Below are positions 63,250 to 64,000 of a stretch of 64,000 bases of DNA, piece after piece. Source of the DNA: Eledone cirrhosa. Taxonomy: Eukaryota. The translations under genes were made by a program, and so were the position numbers. The DNA is taken from positions 242,730,001 to 242,794,000 of the forward strand of contig OZ024742.1 in NCBI GenBank assembly GCA_964016885.1, read 5' to 3'. The notes below the pieces were generated by a model, which ran no database searches, had not been told where the DNA came from, and saw only the letters and a program-made list of their open reading frames with translations. The stretch's first letter is position 1; each line of letters starts with the position of its first letter.

Positions 63250-63256
<7 letters not shown>
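62826..63256 (+). mobile_element. Retrozyme-like 318-nt unit (62924-63241) with terminal redundancy and a 5' inverted segment
   Basis: AGCACCAATTCTAA at 62924 and 63242; 62826-62921 is an inverse copy spanning the unit junction. Confidence 0.8.
63047..63094 (+). ncRNA. Canonical extended type I hammerhead (GUC site)
   Basis: UAAGCU-CUGAGGA-AUAC caaca GUAU-GAAAC...GUC-AGCUUA; outer stem CAACAAACAAGGGGA/UCCCUUUGUUUGUUG beyond an internal loop. Confidence 0.9.
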
Positions 63257-63292
<36 letters not shown>

Positions 63293-63318
63293 ACCCTAGA
63301 GCAAATATTTATAAAATA

Positions 63319-63395
63319 ACGGATTAACGTTTAAGCAAAGAATCGCTGCTTTCACCCTTAACGGGATCTTCTGAAACAAAAAAAAATCAATCTGT
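63319..63395 (-). ncRNA. Second copy of the CAGAAGA-variant hammerhead (solo pseudo-LTR fragment 63305-63426)
   Basis: Inverse match to 28134-28250. Confidence 0.65.
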
Positions 63396-63675
63396 GAACG
63401 CAGAAGTAAATATTTCGAAAAACGTTATATGTATATATATATATATATATATAATTGTGTGTGCGCATGCTTGTGTGTGTGTATGTATATGTGTATGTAT
63501 GTATGCTTTAATATATAAAGACTAGTAGGTCTAGTAGGTCTCCAAATTCTGCGACTAGAATCGTTGTCAAGAAGTATCTACTCCCACTCATGTTGTCATT
63601 GAGTGAGCTTGTATCTGTTGGGTTGTCCTACTTCACTGATTCTGACAATTTTGGCATTTCAGATCAAAGACACCC

Positions 63676-63725
<50 letters not shown>

Positions 63726-64000
63726 CTCTCTCTCTCTCTCTCTTATTGTGTCTGCAGCTGTTTAGAAATATGCCAATATATTCACTCAAAGAAAAAAACA
63801 AATAAACAAACAGTACACACACACACACATACATGCACACACATACACACAACATACACACACAGAACACACACAACACAACACACACAATAAAACACAC
63901 ACACAATATACACACACACATGCACACATACACAACACACACATACACAACACACACACAACACATACATACACAATGCACACACACCACACCTACAACA

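Overview
Repeat-saturated, AT-rich eukaryotic (animal) DNA with no confidently identifiable host gene. The SINE types, Dong/R4 content and extreme microsatellite load suggest an octopus-like cephalopod, but this is inference. Positions 1-19 kb are a nest of non-LTR retrotransposons in (TAA)n tracts: three minus-strand Tx1/L1-clade LINEs (one nearly intact), three plus-strand Dong/R4 pieces and tRNA-derived SINEs. Positions 19-64 kb hold mariner remnants and MITEs, an RTE remnant, a 3'-truncated Ty3/gypsy element, at least four Penelope-like elements (three Naiad-type), an 80-bp tandem array and many small inserts in (TA)n tracts. Reading both strands shows about 15 intact, variant or decayed hammerhead ribozyme motifs. 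It also shows several small non-coding units with terminal redundancy (318, 616 and 690 bp) that look like retrotransposed circular RNAs (retrozyme-like) carried by the Penelope-like elements. A second highlight is a perfect 5' splice site at the Tx1 ORF1 end. In copies A and C it contains the ORF1 stop codon, and removing a 52-nt intron would fuse ORF1 in frame to ORF2. All structures and alignments were done by eye; most short ORFs in the supplied track are microsatellite artefacts.
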